NCBI RefSeq assembly: GCF_025464955.1
Contig: NZ_JAODNM010000167.1
Location: forward strand, 66,947-130,946
From: Amycolatopsis sp.
Lineage (GTDB): Bacteria > Actinomycetota > Actinomycetes > Mycobacteriales > Pseudonocardiaceae
Direction: 5' to 3'
DNA: 64,000 bases
The notes beneath the pieces were generated by a model, which saw only the letters and a list, made by a program, of their open reading frames with translations, searched no databases and was not told where the DNA came from. This document shows, piece by piece, positions 30,793 to 40,338 of this stretch. A program made the position numbers and the translations under genes. How positions within the stretch are numbered: the stretch's first letter is position 1; the number at the start of each line of letters is the position of its first letter.

Positions 30793-32049
30793 GTGCCCGT
30801 CGACTCCTGGAATCTCCCGTCCTCCTCCACCGGTCTCGAGCTCGAGCTGGCCGGAGCTTCCGAGCCGGTGCCGGATAGTCGCAAGACAGTACTGGCCGCC
30901 GGTGCGCTGCTGGGCCTCGCGGTGGTCCTCACCGCGCTGAACCTGCGTCCGGCGATCACCAGCGTAGGCCCGTTGCTTGCCGAAATCCGCGGGTCTCTCG
31001 GGGCGTCCGCCACGTGGGCCGGGGTGTTGACGACGGTGCCGGGGCTGTGTTTCGCCGGCGCCGGCCTCGTCGCGCCCGTGCTGTCACGCCGGTTCGGCAT
31101 CGGCCGGGCGATCGCGGTGGCCCTGACCGTGATGAGTGCCGGGCTGGTGCTGAGGGTGCTGGACGGGCCACTTGTCCTGATCGGCGGGACACTCGTCGCG
31201 ACGGCGGGCATCGCGCTGTCGAACGTCCTCATCCCTGTGGTGATCAAGGATTCGTTCCCGGCGAAGGTCGGCCTGATGACCGGCGTGTACACCGCCGCCT
31301 TGCAGGGCGGCGGGGCACTCGGCTCGGCGGTGACCCCGCGGCTGGACGACGCTTTCGGCGGCTGGCGTCCCGCGCTGGGCAGCTGGGCCGTGCTGGGCGT
31401 CGTCGCGCTGGCGGTGTGGATGTTCGCCGCCCGGCGGCACACCGCCGGCGAGAGCAGCGGATCCGGACCCGCCGGAAGCGGCAGGTCGCTGCTGCGCAGT
31501 CCGCTGGCGTGGACCGTCACGCTGTTCTTCGGGCTGCAGTCGTTCGTGGCCTACGTCGTGATGGGCTGGCTGCCGCAGGTGCTGATGGATGCCGGGGTGA
31601 GCAAGGGCGACGCGGGGCTGCTGCTCGGCCTGATTTCGCTGATCGCCGTGCCGATCAGCCTGGTCATCCCGCCGATGGCCGCGAGGCAGGGGAGCCAGAG
31701 CGTCTGGATCGTCGTGCTGGGCCTGTTCGGGCTGGCCGGGATGATCGGTTTGCTGATCGCGCCGGGGGAGTACCCGCTGCTGTGGAGCGTGTTCGTCGGG
31801 TTCGGGATGAGCGTGTTCTCGCTGGGGCTCACCGTCATCGCGCTGCGGGCCAGGACCGGGGAGGAAACCGCGCGCCTGTCCGGGATGGCCCAGGGCTTCG
31901 GCTACCTGCTCGCGGCGCTCGGCCCGTTCCTGTTCGGCCTGCTCCACCAGCTGACCGGCGGCTGGACCGTCCCGTTCATCATGGTCATCGGCGTCCTGCT
32001 GGCGCAGATCTTTTTCGGCGCCCTCGCCGGCCGCCGCCGCTTCGTCTGA
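30793..32049 (+). CDS. CynX/NimT family MFS transporter
   Basis: LTALNLRPAITSVGPLL, FFGLQS, LSGMAQGFGY. Confidence 0.9.
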   Translation: MPVDSWNLPSSSTGLELELAGASEPVPDSRKTVLAAGALLGLAVVLTALNLRPAITSVGPLLAEIRGSLGASATWAGVLTTVPGLCFAGAGLVAPVLSRRFGIGRAIAVALTVMSAGLVLRVLDGPLVLIGGTLVATAGIALSNVLIPVVIKDSFPAKVGLMTGVYTAALQGGGALGSAVTPRLDDAFGGWRPALGSWAVLGVVALAVWMFAARRHTAGESSGSGPAGSGRSLLRSPLAWTVTLFFGLQSFVAYVVMGWLPQVLMDAGVSKGDAGLLLGLISLIAVPISLVIPPMAARQGSQSVWIVVLGLFGLAGMIGLLIAPGEYPLLWSVFVGFGMSVFSLGLTVIALRARTGEETARLSGMAQGFGYLLAALGPFLFGLLHQLTGGWTVPFIMVIGVLLAQIFFGALAGRRRFV

Positions 32050-32050
32050 G

Positions 32051-32409
32051 GGGTTCGGCTGCCGTTGCGGTTCTGTGCAGAGCAGCGAGGACTGAGGTGG
32101 ATGGGTGCTGGTAGCGGAGTTGAGGGCCAGTCGCGTTGTGCAGGTGGTGCTGTGATCGCGAGGTGACTGCTGGGGGCTCGTGTAGGCACTTTCGGCAGGG
32201 CAGGGACGCCGCGAAGGCCTAGTTGAGTGCGCCTTACGCCGTGAAGGTGGCCTTCACGACAGGTCACACCGACGCGACGCAACAGGCCCTCCGGCGCCCT
32301 TGCTGGAGTAGAGCCGAACCCGCCGTCTCAACCGACCAACCACCGGAGACCCCTCAGGGCCACCCCTGTGGCTTTGAACGCCACGGGGGTGGCCCTGAGG
32401 GAACGCTAG
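32051..32409. repeat. Intergenic mosaic 3: IR-bounded segment (32051-32321) plus B palindrome (32350-32409)
   Basis: GGGTTCGGCT...AGCCGAACCC; internal GTGAAGGTGGCCTTCAC (32241-32257); fragments of module D; B copy. Confidence 0.8.
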
Positions 32410-32453
32410 AAACGCGGCCGCAGCCAGGACTTCTGTCAGCGCTAGGGGTGCGG

Positions 32454-33848
32454 TCAGTCCAGGGGCAGGTTCAGGAGGGCGTTCTCGACGAGCTCTGGCA
32501 TGGCCGGGTGGATCCAGTACTGGCCCCGGGCCATGGTGCGGGCGTCGAGGCCGAAGCTCATCGCCTGGATCAGCGGCTGGATGACGGTCGGCGCCTGTGG
32601 GCCGATGACGTGGGCGCCCAGCAGCTGCCCGGTGACGGGGTCGGCGAGCAGCTTGAGGAAGCCGGTCGTGTCCTCCATCGCCCAGCCATACGCGATGCCC
32701 GCGTAGTCCTGCTTCGACACGACGTAGTTCACGCCGCTCGAGAACGCGTCTTGCTCGGTGAGCCCGACCGACGCGATCTGCGGCGAGCCGAACACGGCGT
32801 GGGGCACGAAGCGGTGGTCGCTGGCGACCTTGTCGTCCGGGTGCAGCAGGTTGTGCTGCACTACTCGCTCTTCGTGGTTGGCGACGTGCTTGAGCTCGTA
32901 CTCCGACGACACGTCACCGAGCGCGTAGATGCCGTCCACGCCGGTCTGCTGGAACTCGTCGACGACGATCTTGCCGTTGTCGCGTGTGGACAGTCCGGTG
33001 GCTTCGACGTCGAGCAGGTCCGAGTTCGGCGTGCGGCCGACGGCGACCAGGATCTGGTCTGTTTCAACGGTTTCAGCGCCTTCGGGGCCTTCCAGATCGA
33101 CGCTCACGCCACTGTCCGAACGGGATACGCGCACGGTTTTGCGGTTCAACCGGACGTCGTACTTCTGGCTCGCCAGCTCGGTGTACCGGGTGCTGATGTC
33201 CTCGTCCTCGCTGCGCAGCAACGCGCCGGAACGGGCGATCAGCGTGACCTCCACGCCGAGTGAGGAGAAGACGTGCGCGAACTCGGCGGCGATGAACCCG
33301 CTGCCGATGATCACCATCCGCGCCGGCAGCTCGTCGAGCCGCATGACGCTGTCGGAGGTGTGGAAGCCGGCCTCGACGAGCCCCGGGACGTCCGGCACGA
33401 TCGGGCGCCCGCCCGCAGCGAGCACGAACCGGTCGGCCGTGACCGTCTCGGGAGCGCGTCCGTCCGGATAGGACACGACGAGCTCCTTGTGCCCGACGAA
33501 ACGGCCTTCACCGCCGTACACGGTGACGTTCGCGTTGTCCTTGTGCTCGGTGCGGTACTCGCGCCCGCCGGCGGAGATCGGGTCGATGCGGCCGAAGATG
33601 CGGTCGCGGATGTCACGCCAGCGCACCCCGCGCAGCTCTTCGTCCACCCCGAAACGTGAGCTGAACGACGGCGTCGCGGCCACGTCGGCGGCATAGACGA
33701 ACATCTTGGTGGGGATGCAGCCGACGTTGAGGCAGGTGCCGCCGAAAACGCCCTTCTCGACGATCGCGGTCTTCCAATCGGCGAAGCGGGGGTCGAGGAT
33801 CGAATTCCCCGATCCGGTACCGACGATCACCAGGTCGTAGTGGGGCAC
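32454..33848 (-). CDS. mtr: Mycothione reductase
   Basis: HYDLVIVGTGSGNS, GGTCLNVGCIPTK, LKHVANHE, YGWAMED, GQYWIHPAMPE. Confidence 0.95.
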   Translation of the reverse strand: MPHYDLVIVGTGSGNSILDPRFADWKTAIVEKGVFGGTCLNVGCIPTKMFVYAADVAATPSFSSRFGVDEELRGVRWRDIRDRIFGRIDPISAGGREYRTEHKDNANVTVYGGEGRFVGHKELVVSYPDGRAPETVTADRFVLAAGGRPIVPDVPGLVEAGFHTSDSVMRLDELPARMVIIGSGFIAAEFAHVFSSLGVEVTLIARSGALLRSEDEDISTRYTELASQKYDVRLNRKTVRVSRSDSGVSVDLEGPEGAETVETDQILVAVGRTPNSDLLDVEATGLSTRDNGKIVVDEFQQTGVDGIYALGDVSSEYELKHVANHEERVVQHNLLHPDDKVASDHRFVPHAVFGSPQIASVGLTEQDAFSSGVNYVVSKQDYAGIAYGWAMEDTTGFLKLLADPVTGQLLGAHVIGPQAPTVIQPLIQAMSFGLDARTMARGQYWIHPAMPELVENALLNLPLD

Positions 33849-33893
33849 GCTGTTTTCCTCCGCGGTTCTGAAAAAAAGGGGTTCCTGCTTGTC

Positions 33894-33919
33894 AACTCGC
33901 TCCCGCGACCGCTTGTTCC
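33894..33919 (-). promoter_or_regulatory. SigR/SigH-type thiol-stress promoter of mtr
   Basis: Minus strand GGAAC-N18-GTT. Confidence 0.75.
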
Positions 33920-33923
33920 CGGC

Positions 33924-34817
33924 TCATTCGCCGGTCGCGGTGAAGTGCATGCGGTCTTTCGGGCTGGTCCACGACCCGCCCCACCTCCACCCGATCGAGG
34001 CGAAGGCACGCACGGTCGAGTCACCCGCGAGGATCATGCCAGGGCGGACGTTCGACCGGTCGACATAGGCGGACGCGAGCTCGGGCAGCACGAGCGAGCC
34101 TTTGGTATAGGGGTTGCAGAACGGGTTGACGTCGACGGCGAGCCCGTAGGCGTGGGCCGACCAGTTCGTCTGGCCGCGCACCGGACGGCAGACGAACGCG
34201 CTGGTGCTGTTGCCGTCCCCGGTCGGCGGAGCGGTCAGCTCGTCGGGCCGCGTGACGCGCATCTCCTCCAACGGGAACCGCGCGGCGAACAACTGCCCGA
34301 AGGCCTTGGTCACACCCTGGGCCGCCGACGCGTTGACGATCATCTCGCCGGTGTGCGCGCGGCCGTCGAAGCCCCAGAACGACATCGTCAGGTACCGCAG
34401 CGCCGTCGACGTGACCGGGCACGCGGCCTGCCAGGTGCTGCGCGCGAGGACCTCGGCCGGGATGGGCTGGACGGTCGCGGCGTACCTCCCGTCGGGCGGC
34501 GGCGGTAACACGTCCTCGGTCGGCAGGGAACGGTTCACCAGTATGGGTGGTGTGGGCTCGATCTCGCCGAACCCGTCGGACCGCCGGGGGAGGGGATGGG
34601 CGCCGACCTGCCAGACCGGGTTCCGCGCGCTGGACGTGGTCGGCTGGCTCGGCACCGGGGCCTGCTGCGGGACGCCGGTTGACGTTGTCCCCGCCGTTGT
34701 CCCCGCGGTCGCCGCGGTCGCCGGTGCGCCGGACACCTCGGCCGAGCAAGCCGCCAGGCTCGCGGTCGCCAGGACGACCATCACGGAGGCACGCAGGAAC
34801 GCAGCAACGGGTCGCAC
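33924..34817 (-). CDS. M15 family (D,D-peptidase-like) metallopeptidase lipoprotein
   Basis: Lipobox LAAC; S.F.CR, SAHAYGLAVD.NP, W.WGG.W...D.MHF. Confidence 0.88.
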   Translation of the reverse strand: MRPVAAFLRASVMVVLATASLAACSAEVSGAPATAATAGTTAGTTSTGVPQQAPVPSQPTTSSARNPVWQVGAHPLPRRSDGFGEIEPTPPILVNRSLPTEDVLPPPPDGRYAATVQPIPAEVLARSTWQAACPVTSTALRYLTMSFWGFDGRAHTGEMIVNASAAQGVTKAFGQLFAARFPLEEMRVTRPDELTAPPTGDGNSTSAFVCRPVRGQTNWSAHAYGLAVDVNPFCNPYTKGSLVLPELASAYVDRSNVRPGMILAGDSTVRAFASIGWRWGGSWTSPKDRMHFTATGE

Positions 34818-35008
34818 GCGCGTCAGCTTGTCAGAACTTGACGGTCGGCGCGCGAGACCACCCGATTCAGTGACACCGTTTCGAGCGCATCCCGACTAGG
34901 GTAATTCCGGCTGCCCGTTCACGCGCTGGAGTCGAACAACCGCCCAGCGCCACTTTCGGCGCCACCAGTCGTGACTGAAGCACCGTTCCTGGGTGAAAGG
35001 ACGCTCCC

Positions 35009-35821
35009 ATGCCAGTGAAGTCTCGTCGCAAAGCCCTGATGGCGGCCGGAGCGCTGGTCGCCACGGCCGCGATCGTGGCGCTCACGGCTGCGAGCGCGGC
35101 GGCGGCCCCCGACACGGCCGCCCAGCCCCGGATCGTCGGCGGCGGCCAGGCTTCCCTCAGCGACTATCCGTACGCGGTGTACCTGACCGACCAGAACGGC
35201 TACCAGTTCTGCGGCGGGGTCATCGTCAGCCCGACGGCGGTGGCCACGGCGGCCCACTGCGCGCTGGCCGTGAAGAGCGGAAACCTGCGCGTCGTGGCCG
35301 GCAGGCAGGACGAGACGTCCACGGACGGCGTGGTCGAGTCGGTGTCGAAGGTCTGGGTCCACCCGGACTTCTCCGACCCGCTCAAGGGCGACGACATCGC
35401 CGTGCTCACCGTGCTCGGCAGCCTGCCGTACCCGGCCGTGCAACTCGCCGATTCGACCGATCGCGCGCTCTACGCCGAGGGTTCCCAGGCAACCGTGGTC
35501 GGCTGGGGCCGCACCTCGGATGGTGGCGCCCGGTCGAACGTCCTGCGTAGCGCCCCGGTTCCGGTGATCGGCGACCAGAGCTGCACGGCGAGCTACAGCA
35601 ACTACGACCCCGGCACCATGCTGTGCGCGGGGTACACCCAGGGCGGGATCGATGCCTGCCAGGGCGATTCCGGCGGCCCGCTGGTCGAGGGCAACACATT
35701 GGTAGGCATCGTCTCGTGGGGCGAAGGCTGCGCCGTGGCTGGTAAACCCGGCGTCTACACCCGCGTTTCGGCGTTCGCGAGCCAGATCGCCAGCCAGTCC
35801 AGGTCCGGCCTGTTCGGCTGA
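35009..35821 (+). CDS. Secreted trypsin-like S1 serine protease
   Basis: Signal peptide; IVGG, TAAHC, DIAVL, DACQGDSGGP, PGVYT. Confidence 0.96.
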   Translation: MPVKSRRKALMAAGALVATAAIVALTAASAAAAPDTAAQPRIVGGGQASLSDYPYAVYLTDQNGYQFCGGVIVSPTAVATAAHCALAVKSGNLRVVAGRQDETSTDGVVESVSKVWVHPDFSDPLKGDDIAVLTVLGSLPYPAVQLADSTDRALYAEGSQATVVGWGRTSDGGARSNVLRSAPVPVIGDQSCTASYSNYDPGTMLCAGYTQGGIDACQGDSGGPLVEGNTLVGIVSWGEGCAVAGKPGVYTRVSAFASQIASQSRSGLFG

Positions 35822-35847
35822 TCATCGGGCCGTGCTAAGCATGTCCC

Positions 35848-36291
35848 GTGCTCGACAACAGTGACAAGCTGCCCGCGGTGTCCGCGGCCTCCGGTGACGG
35901 ACTGACCGCGGCGCAGGTCCACGCCATTCTCAAACTCCGGGTCGACGTCTTCGTGGTCGAGCAGAAATGCCCGTATCCGGAGATCGACGGATGCGACCTT
36001 CTGCCGTCCACCCGGCACTTCTGGGTCGACGGCTTCGGTTCCTATCTCCGGATACTCGCCGAGTCGGATGGCGCCGGGCGCATCGGCCGCGTCTGCACGG
36101 CAGCCGACGCGCGCGGCCGCGGTCTCGCCGCGCGCCTGATGCAGGCCGCCCTCGAAACCGGACCCGAGCGTGCCTGGGTGCTCGACGCGCAGACCTACGC
36201 GCAGGGCTTCTACGCCAAGTTCGGCTTCCGGCCGGAGGGCGAGCCCTTTGACGAGGACGGCATCCCACACATCACCATGTGGCGCAGGTGA
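35848..36291 (+). CDS. elaA: ElaA-like GNAT acetyltransferase
   Basis: LRVDVFVVEQKCPYPEIDG, IGRV, AQTY...FY..FGF, EDGIPH. Confidence 0.88.
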   Translation: MLDNSDKLPAVSAASGDGLTAAQVHAILKLRVDVFVVEQKCPYPEIDGCDLLPSTRHFWVDGFGSYLRILAESDGAGRIGRVCTAADARGRGLAARLMQAALETGPERAWVLDAQTYAQGFYAKFGFRPEGEPFDEDGIPHITMWRR

Positions 36292-36349
36292 AGGATTTCG
36301 TGTTTTTCCGGGAAATGTGAACCCGCGCTCGCCGACGTATCGTCTGCCC

Positions 36350-37123
36350 ATGAGGAAGATCGATTCGGTGACGGACCTGGAACCGCAGCTCGCCAACGCA
36401 CGCGACTACTGGCTCGGCTGGGGTGACGCCTTTCGGCAGGACGGCGATCTGGTGATCTTTCGCAGCGGTGTCGCCCACCAGGTCTTCAACGGGGTGTTCC
36501 GGCTGACCGGCACGCAACCGACGAGTGACGCACTCGAGGAGGCATCGCGTCGGCTCGACGGAGTGCCGTGGATGTGGCATGTGGGGCCGGACAGCCGTGA
36601 AGGGCTCGTCGACGACCTGGTCTCGCTTGGTGCCACTCTGGGTGGAACGTCGCCGATCATGTCCGTGGACCTCGACCGCGTCATCGAGCAGGACGGGCCG
36701 CCGGAGCTCAAGATCGAAGAGGTTGACACGCCCGAGGCGCTGGGAGAATGGGTCGAGGCGTACGTGCCTTTATTCGGTGTCATGCCGGACCAGAACGACA
36801 CCGTGAAGCAGGTGGAAGCCAACTACGCGGGGGCGCCCGGCAGCTTGGTGCGGTTCGCCGGCCGGATCGACGGGCGAGTGGCAGGCACTGCCGCGCTGTT
36901 CGACAAACACGGCGTCGCCGGTGTCTACGTGGTGGCCACGGGGAGCGGCGACCGGCGTCGGGGGATCGGCACGCGGCTCACCGCCGCGGCACTTCGCGCG
37001 GGCCAGGAACGAGGCCTGCGGGTCGGCACGCTGCAGGCCAGTAGCACGGGCGCGCTGGTCTACCGCCGAATGGGGTTCGAGAAGGTGGCGGAGTACCAGC
37101 TGCTGGCGCCCCCGAAACGCTGA
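36350..37123 (+). CDS. GNAT acetyltransferase
   Basis: GVYVVAT...RRRGIG, LQAS..G..VYRRMGF; ATG 6 nt after TATCGT. Confidence 0.85.
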   Translation: MRKIDSVTDLEPQLANARDYWLGWGDAFRQDGDLVIFRSGVAHQVFNGVFRLTGTQPTSDALEEASRRLDGVPWMWHVGPDSREGLVDDLVSLGATLGGTSPIMSVDLDRVIEQDGPPELKIEEVDTPEALGEWVEAYVPLFGVMPDQNDTVKQVEANYAGAPGSLVRFAGRIDGRVAGTAALFDKHGVAGVYVVATGSGDRRRGIGTRLTAAALRAGQERGLRVGTLQASSTGALVYRRMGFEKVAEYQLLAPPKR

Positions 37124-37127
37124 CAGC

Positions 37128-38315
37128 TCAGCTGAAGGCGCCGCGAGGGGCGGCGGCGGTGATCACCTTGACCGCCCTGTCCACATCGGACTCGGTGAGG
37201 TCGGCGCGGGCGGTGAGGCGCAGCCGTGAAATGCCGTCCGGCACCGAAGGCGGGCGGAAACAGCCGACTCGGATGCCCTGTTCGGCGCAGGCCGCGGCCC
37301 AGGCGACAGCCTCGTCGGCCGACGGCGCGCGCACCGAGATCACGGCGGCGTCGGGGGAGCTGGCGGCCAGCCCGGCGGCCTTGAGCTGCATGGCCAGGTT
37401 CACCGCCGCGTCCTGCACTCGGGTGGCGAGCTCCGGCTCGGCCTTCAGCGCGTTGAGCGCGCCGAGCGCAGCCGCGGCGCTGGCCGGGGCGAGCGCGGTA
37501 TCGAAGATGAAACTGCGCGCGGTGTCCACCAGGTGCCGGATCACCCGGCGCGGCCCGAGGACAGCGCCCCCTTGCGCGCCAAGGGATTTCGACAACGTGA
37601 TGGTGGTGACGACGTTCGGCGCGGCGGACAGCCCAGCCGCGTGCACCGCGCCCCGGCCGCCTTCGCCGAGGACACCGAACCCGTGCGCGTCGTCGACGAG
37701 CAGCGCCGCGCCGTGCTGGCCGCACATGGCCGCCAGGTCGGGGAGCGGGGCCAGGTCGCCGTCCACGGAGAAGACCGAGTCGGTGACCATCAGCGCGCGG
37801 CTCTTGCGCCGTGTCGACAGCGCGTGTGCCATCGCCTTCAGGTCCCCGTGCGGCATCGCGGCCACGTCCGCCCTGGACAGCCGGCAGCCTTCGATGAGCG
37901 ACGCGTGGATGTACTTGTCCGTGACGATGGCGGACTCCGCGCCGGACAAGGCCATCACCGCGCCGAGGTTCGCCATGAAGCCGGACGAGAACACCAGCGC
38001 CGCTTGAACCCCGCAGAACCGTGCCAGGTCTTGCTCGAGCTCCGCGTGCAGTTCTGTCGATCCGGTGACGAGTCGTGAACCTGTCGAGCCCGCGCCCCAG
38101 CGAAGGGCGGCCGCGGCGGCGGCTCCGGCGACGCGCTTGTCCCTGGCGAGCCCGAGATAGTCGTTGCCTGCCAGGTCGAGCTCGGTGGAGTTCGGTGACC
38201 GGGGGCGCAACCGCCGCACCAGACCCGCGTTCGTGCGCTTCTCGGCCTCGACGTCGAGCCAGTCGAAGACCTGCTCGGGATCGTTTCGCGCGACAGCGGG
38301 GCCAGGTTCGTTCAC
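37128..38315 (-). CDS. bioF: 8-amino-7-oxononanoate synthase
   Basis: NDYLGL, GSTGSRL, FSSGF.AN, HASLI, VFSVDGD, DDAHG, TLSK, RPPSVP. Confidence 0.95.
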   Translation of the reverse strand: MNEPGPAVARNDPEQVFDWLDVEAEKRTNAGLVRRLRPRSPNSTELDLAGNDYLGLARDKRVAGAAAAAALRWGAGSTGSRLVTGSTELHAELEQDLARFCGVQAALVFSSGFMANLGAVMALSGAESAIVTDKYIHASLIEGCRLSRADVAAMPHGDLKAMAHALSTRRKSRALMVTDSVFSVDGDLAPLPDLAAMCGQHGAALLVDDAHGFGVLGEGGRGAVHAAGLSAAPNVVTTITLSKSLGAQGGAVLGPRRVIRHLVDTARSFIFDTALAPASAAAALGALNALKAEPELATRVQDAAVNLAMQLKAAGLAASSPDAAVISVRAPSADEAVAWAAACAEQGIRVGCFRPPSVPDGISRLRLTARADLTESDVDRAVKVITAAAPRGAFS

Positions 38316-38365
38316 GCCTCGCAGTGTCGCACTCGGTGCGGTGGGCGAAAGAGTGCGGGTACGAA

Positions 38366-38408
38366 GAAAGCGCCGCGAGTGACCGGTCAGGCCACCCGCG
38401 GCGCTTTC
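38366..38408 (-). terminator. Intrinsic terminator after the DEAD-box helicase
   Basis: GAAAGCGCCGCG...CGCGGCGCTTTC, followed by TTC on the minus strand. Confidence 0.75.
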
Positions 38409-38423
38409 AGCGCTTAGCTATTT

Positions 38424-39977
38424 TCAGTTGTCGAAGCTACGACGCGGCCCACGGCTCGGACGGCCATTGCCGCCACCCGCTCCGCTGCCACCGTTGCCGA
38501 AGCGCGGCGTACGACCGCGGCCGGCGTAACCGCCACCACTGCCGCTGCCCGAAGGACGGCCGCCTTCACGCGAACCCTGGTAACCGCCGCCTTCGCGGTT
38601 GCCCTGGTAACCGCCACTGCCGCCCTGGCCGCCACCGAAACCGCGACCGCCACGACGAGGCGGGGCTTCCCGACGGAGCTCGGGGACCGGCTGGCCGCTG
38701 GGCTGCTGGGCACCGGTGATCCGGGCCAGCTCGGCGTCACCCGGGCGGACGTTCGTGCTTTCGGCACGCACCCCCGCGCGGTCGGTCATCCGGCGGACCA
38801 GGCGACGCTGGTCGTTGGTGACGATCGTGACGACGGTGCCCGAGGCGCCGGCGCGAGCCGTACGACCCGCGCGGTGCAGGTAGTCCTTGTGGTCGGCGGC
38901 CGGGTCCACGTGCAGGACCAGGGAGATGTCGTCGACGTGGATACCGCGGGCGGCGACATCCGTGGCCACCAGGACCGGGGTGTTGCCTTCCTTGAAGTCG
39001 GCGAGCACCCGGTTGCGCTGACCCTGGGTCTTGCCACCGTGCAGCGCCGCGGCCTGGACGCCGTTCTCGCGCAGACGCTCCGCGAGCCGGTCGACGTGGT
39101 GCTTGGTGCGCACGAACATGATCGTGCGGCCGTCGCGGGCACCGATCTCGGTGATGACGTCCTGCTTCTCCTGGTGGGTGACCTGGAGAACGTGGTGGTC
39201 CATCGTGGTGACGCTGGCGGTGACCGGCGCGACCGAGTGCCGGACCGGGTCGGTCAGGTACGCCCGGACGAGGCGGTCGACATCACCGTCGAGGGTCGCC
39301 GAGAACAGCAGGCGCTGGCCGGTACGCGGGGTCAGGTCGAGGATCTCGCGAACCTGCGGCATGAAGCCCATGTCGGCCATCTGGTCGGCCTCGTCGAGCG
39401 CGATGAAGTCCGTCTCGGAGAGGTCGCAGGTGCCCTGGCGGACGTGGTCGGAGAGCCGGCCCGGGGTGGCGATCAGCAGATCGACTCCGCGGGCGAGCGC
39501 GTCGGCCTGGCGGTTGAACGCCATGCCGCCGACGGCCACGCGGCACCACAGGCCGAGCGACTTGGCCAGCGGGGTGAGCGAGTCCGCGACCTGCATGGCC
39601 AGTTCCCGGGTGGGGACCAGCACGAGGGCGCGGGGCTTGCGGGCCTTCGCCCGGCCGCCGTTGAGCCGGGTCAGCATCGCCAGGCCGAAGGCCAGGGTCT
39701 TGCCGGAACCGGTCTGGGCGCGGCCCAGTACGTCGCGACCCGCCAGTGCGTCCGGGATGGTCGCGATCTGGATGGGGAACGGCGAGGTGATGCCGGCCTC
39801 GCGCAGCGCGGCCAGCAGGGGCTCGGGGAGACCGAGCTCGGCGAAGGTCTTGACGGCCACCGACTCGACAGCCGAGTCGGAGTTCGGCTGGTTGTCGCTG
39901 CCCCCGCGGTTCACGGGCTTGCGGCTGGGACGGGCCGAGTGCGATGAAGAGTTTGAAGAATCGAGCGTGACTGTCAC
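38424..39977 (-). CDS. DEAD-box RNA helicase with Gly/Arg-rich C-tail
   Basis: Q motif, GSGKT, PTRELA, TPGR, DEAD, SAT, ARGI, HRAGRTAR; GTG 39977 after GAGG. Confidence 0.95.
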   Translation of the reverse strand: MTVTLDSSNSSSHSARPSRKPVNRGGSDNQPNSDSAVESVAVKTFAELGLPEPLLAALREAGITSPFPIQIATIPDALAGRDVLGRAQTGSGKTLAFGLAMLTRLNGGRAKARKPRALVLVPTRELAMQVADSLTPLAKSLGLWCRVAVGGMAFNRQADALARGVDLLIATPGRLSDHVRQGTCDLSETDFIALDEADQMADMGFMPQVREILDLTPRTGQRLLFSATLDGDVDRLVRAYLTDPVRHSVAPVTASVTTMDHHVLQVTHQEKQDVITEIGARDGRTIMFVRTKHHVDRLAERLRENGVQAAALHGGKTQGQRNRVLADFKEGNTPVLVATDVAARGIHVDDISLVLHVDPAADHKDYLHRAGRTARAGASGTVVTIVTNDQRRLVRRMTDRAGVRAESTNVRPGDAELARITGAQQPSGQPVPELRREAPPRRGGRGFGGGQGGSGGYQGNREGGGYQGSREGGRPSGSGSGGGYAGRGRTPRFGNGGSGAGGGNGRPSRGPRRSFDN

Positions 39978-40198
39978 AAATACCTCTCGGACGTGGTACG
40001 TCACAAGGGAGGCCCGGCTGCCCGCACGCAGGCAGGGCAAGATGGTGTGCAGTGGGCTTTCACAGGGACGAACCCGACGCACGCCGCCCTGGTTGGGCCT
40101 TGCACGCCATTTGGCTGAATGAATACCGCGAGCCATATCTGTTGGCTTTGGAGGCGACGGACACCACTCATCCACGCCGCCGGTTGCGGTCTGTGACT

Positions 40199-40228
40199 AC
40201 TGTACCCGACTCGTCCGCCGTCACCCAA
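40199..40228 (-). promoter_or_regulatory. Putative promoter giving the helicase a ~215-nt 5' UTR
   Basis: Minus strand TTGGGT-N18-TACAGT. Confidence 0.55.
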
Positions 40229-40338
40229 TCCGAGCCGCCAACTGTGGGCAAGGACGCAACCGGGAATTTCCTGGTGGACGCGGTGAACGGGGCTTTCGGG
40301 CCCGAAACGGGAGCGAAAACCCCGCTCACCGGGCGTGC

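Noticed and set aside
33924-34817. Vancomycin resistance (vanY/vanX)
   Set aside because: Stand-alone M15 lipoprotein with no vanHAX or vanRS
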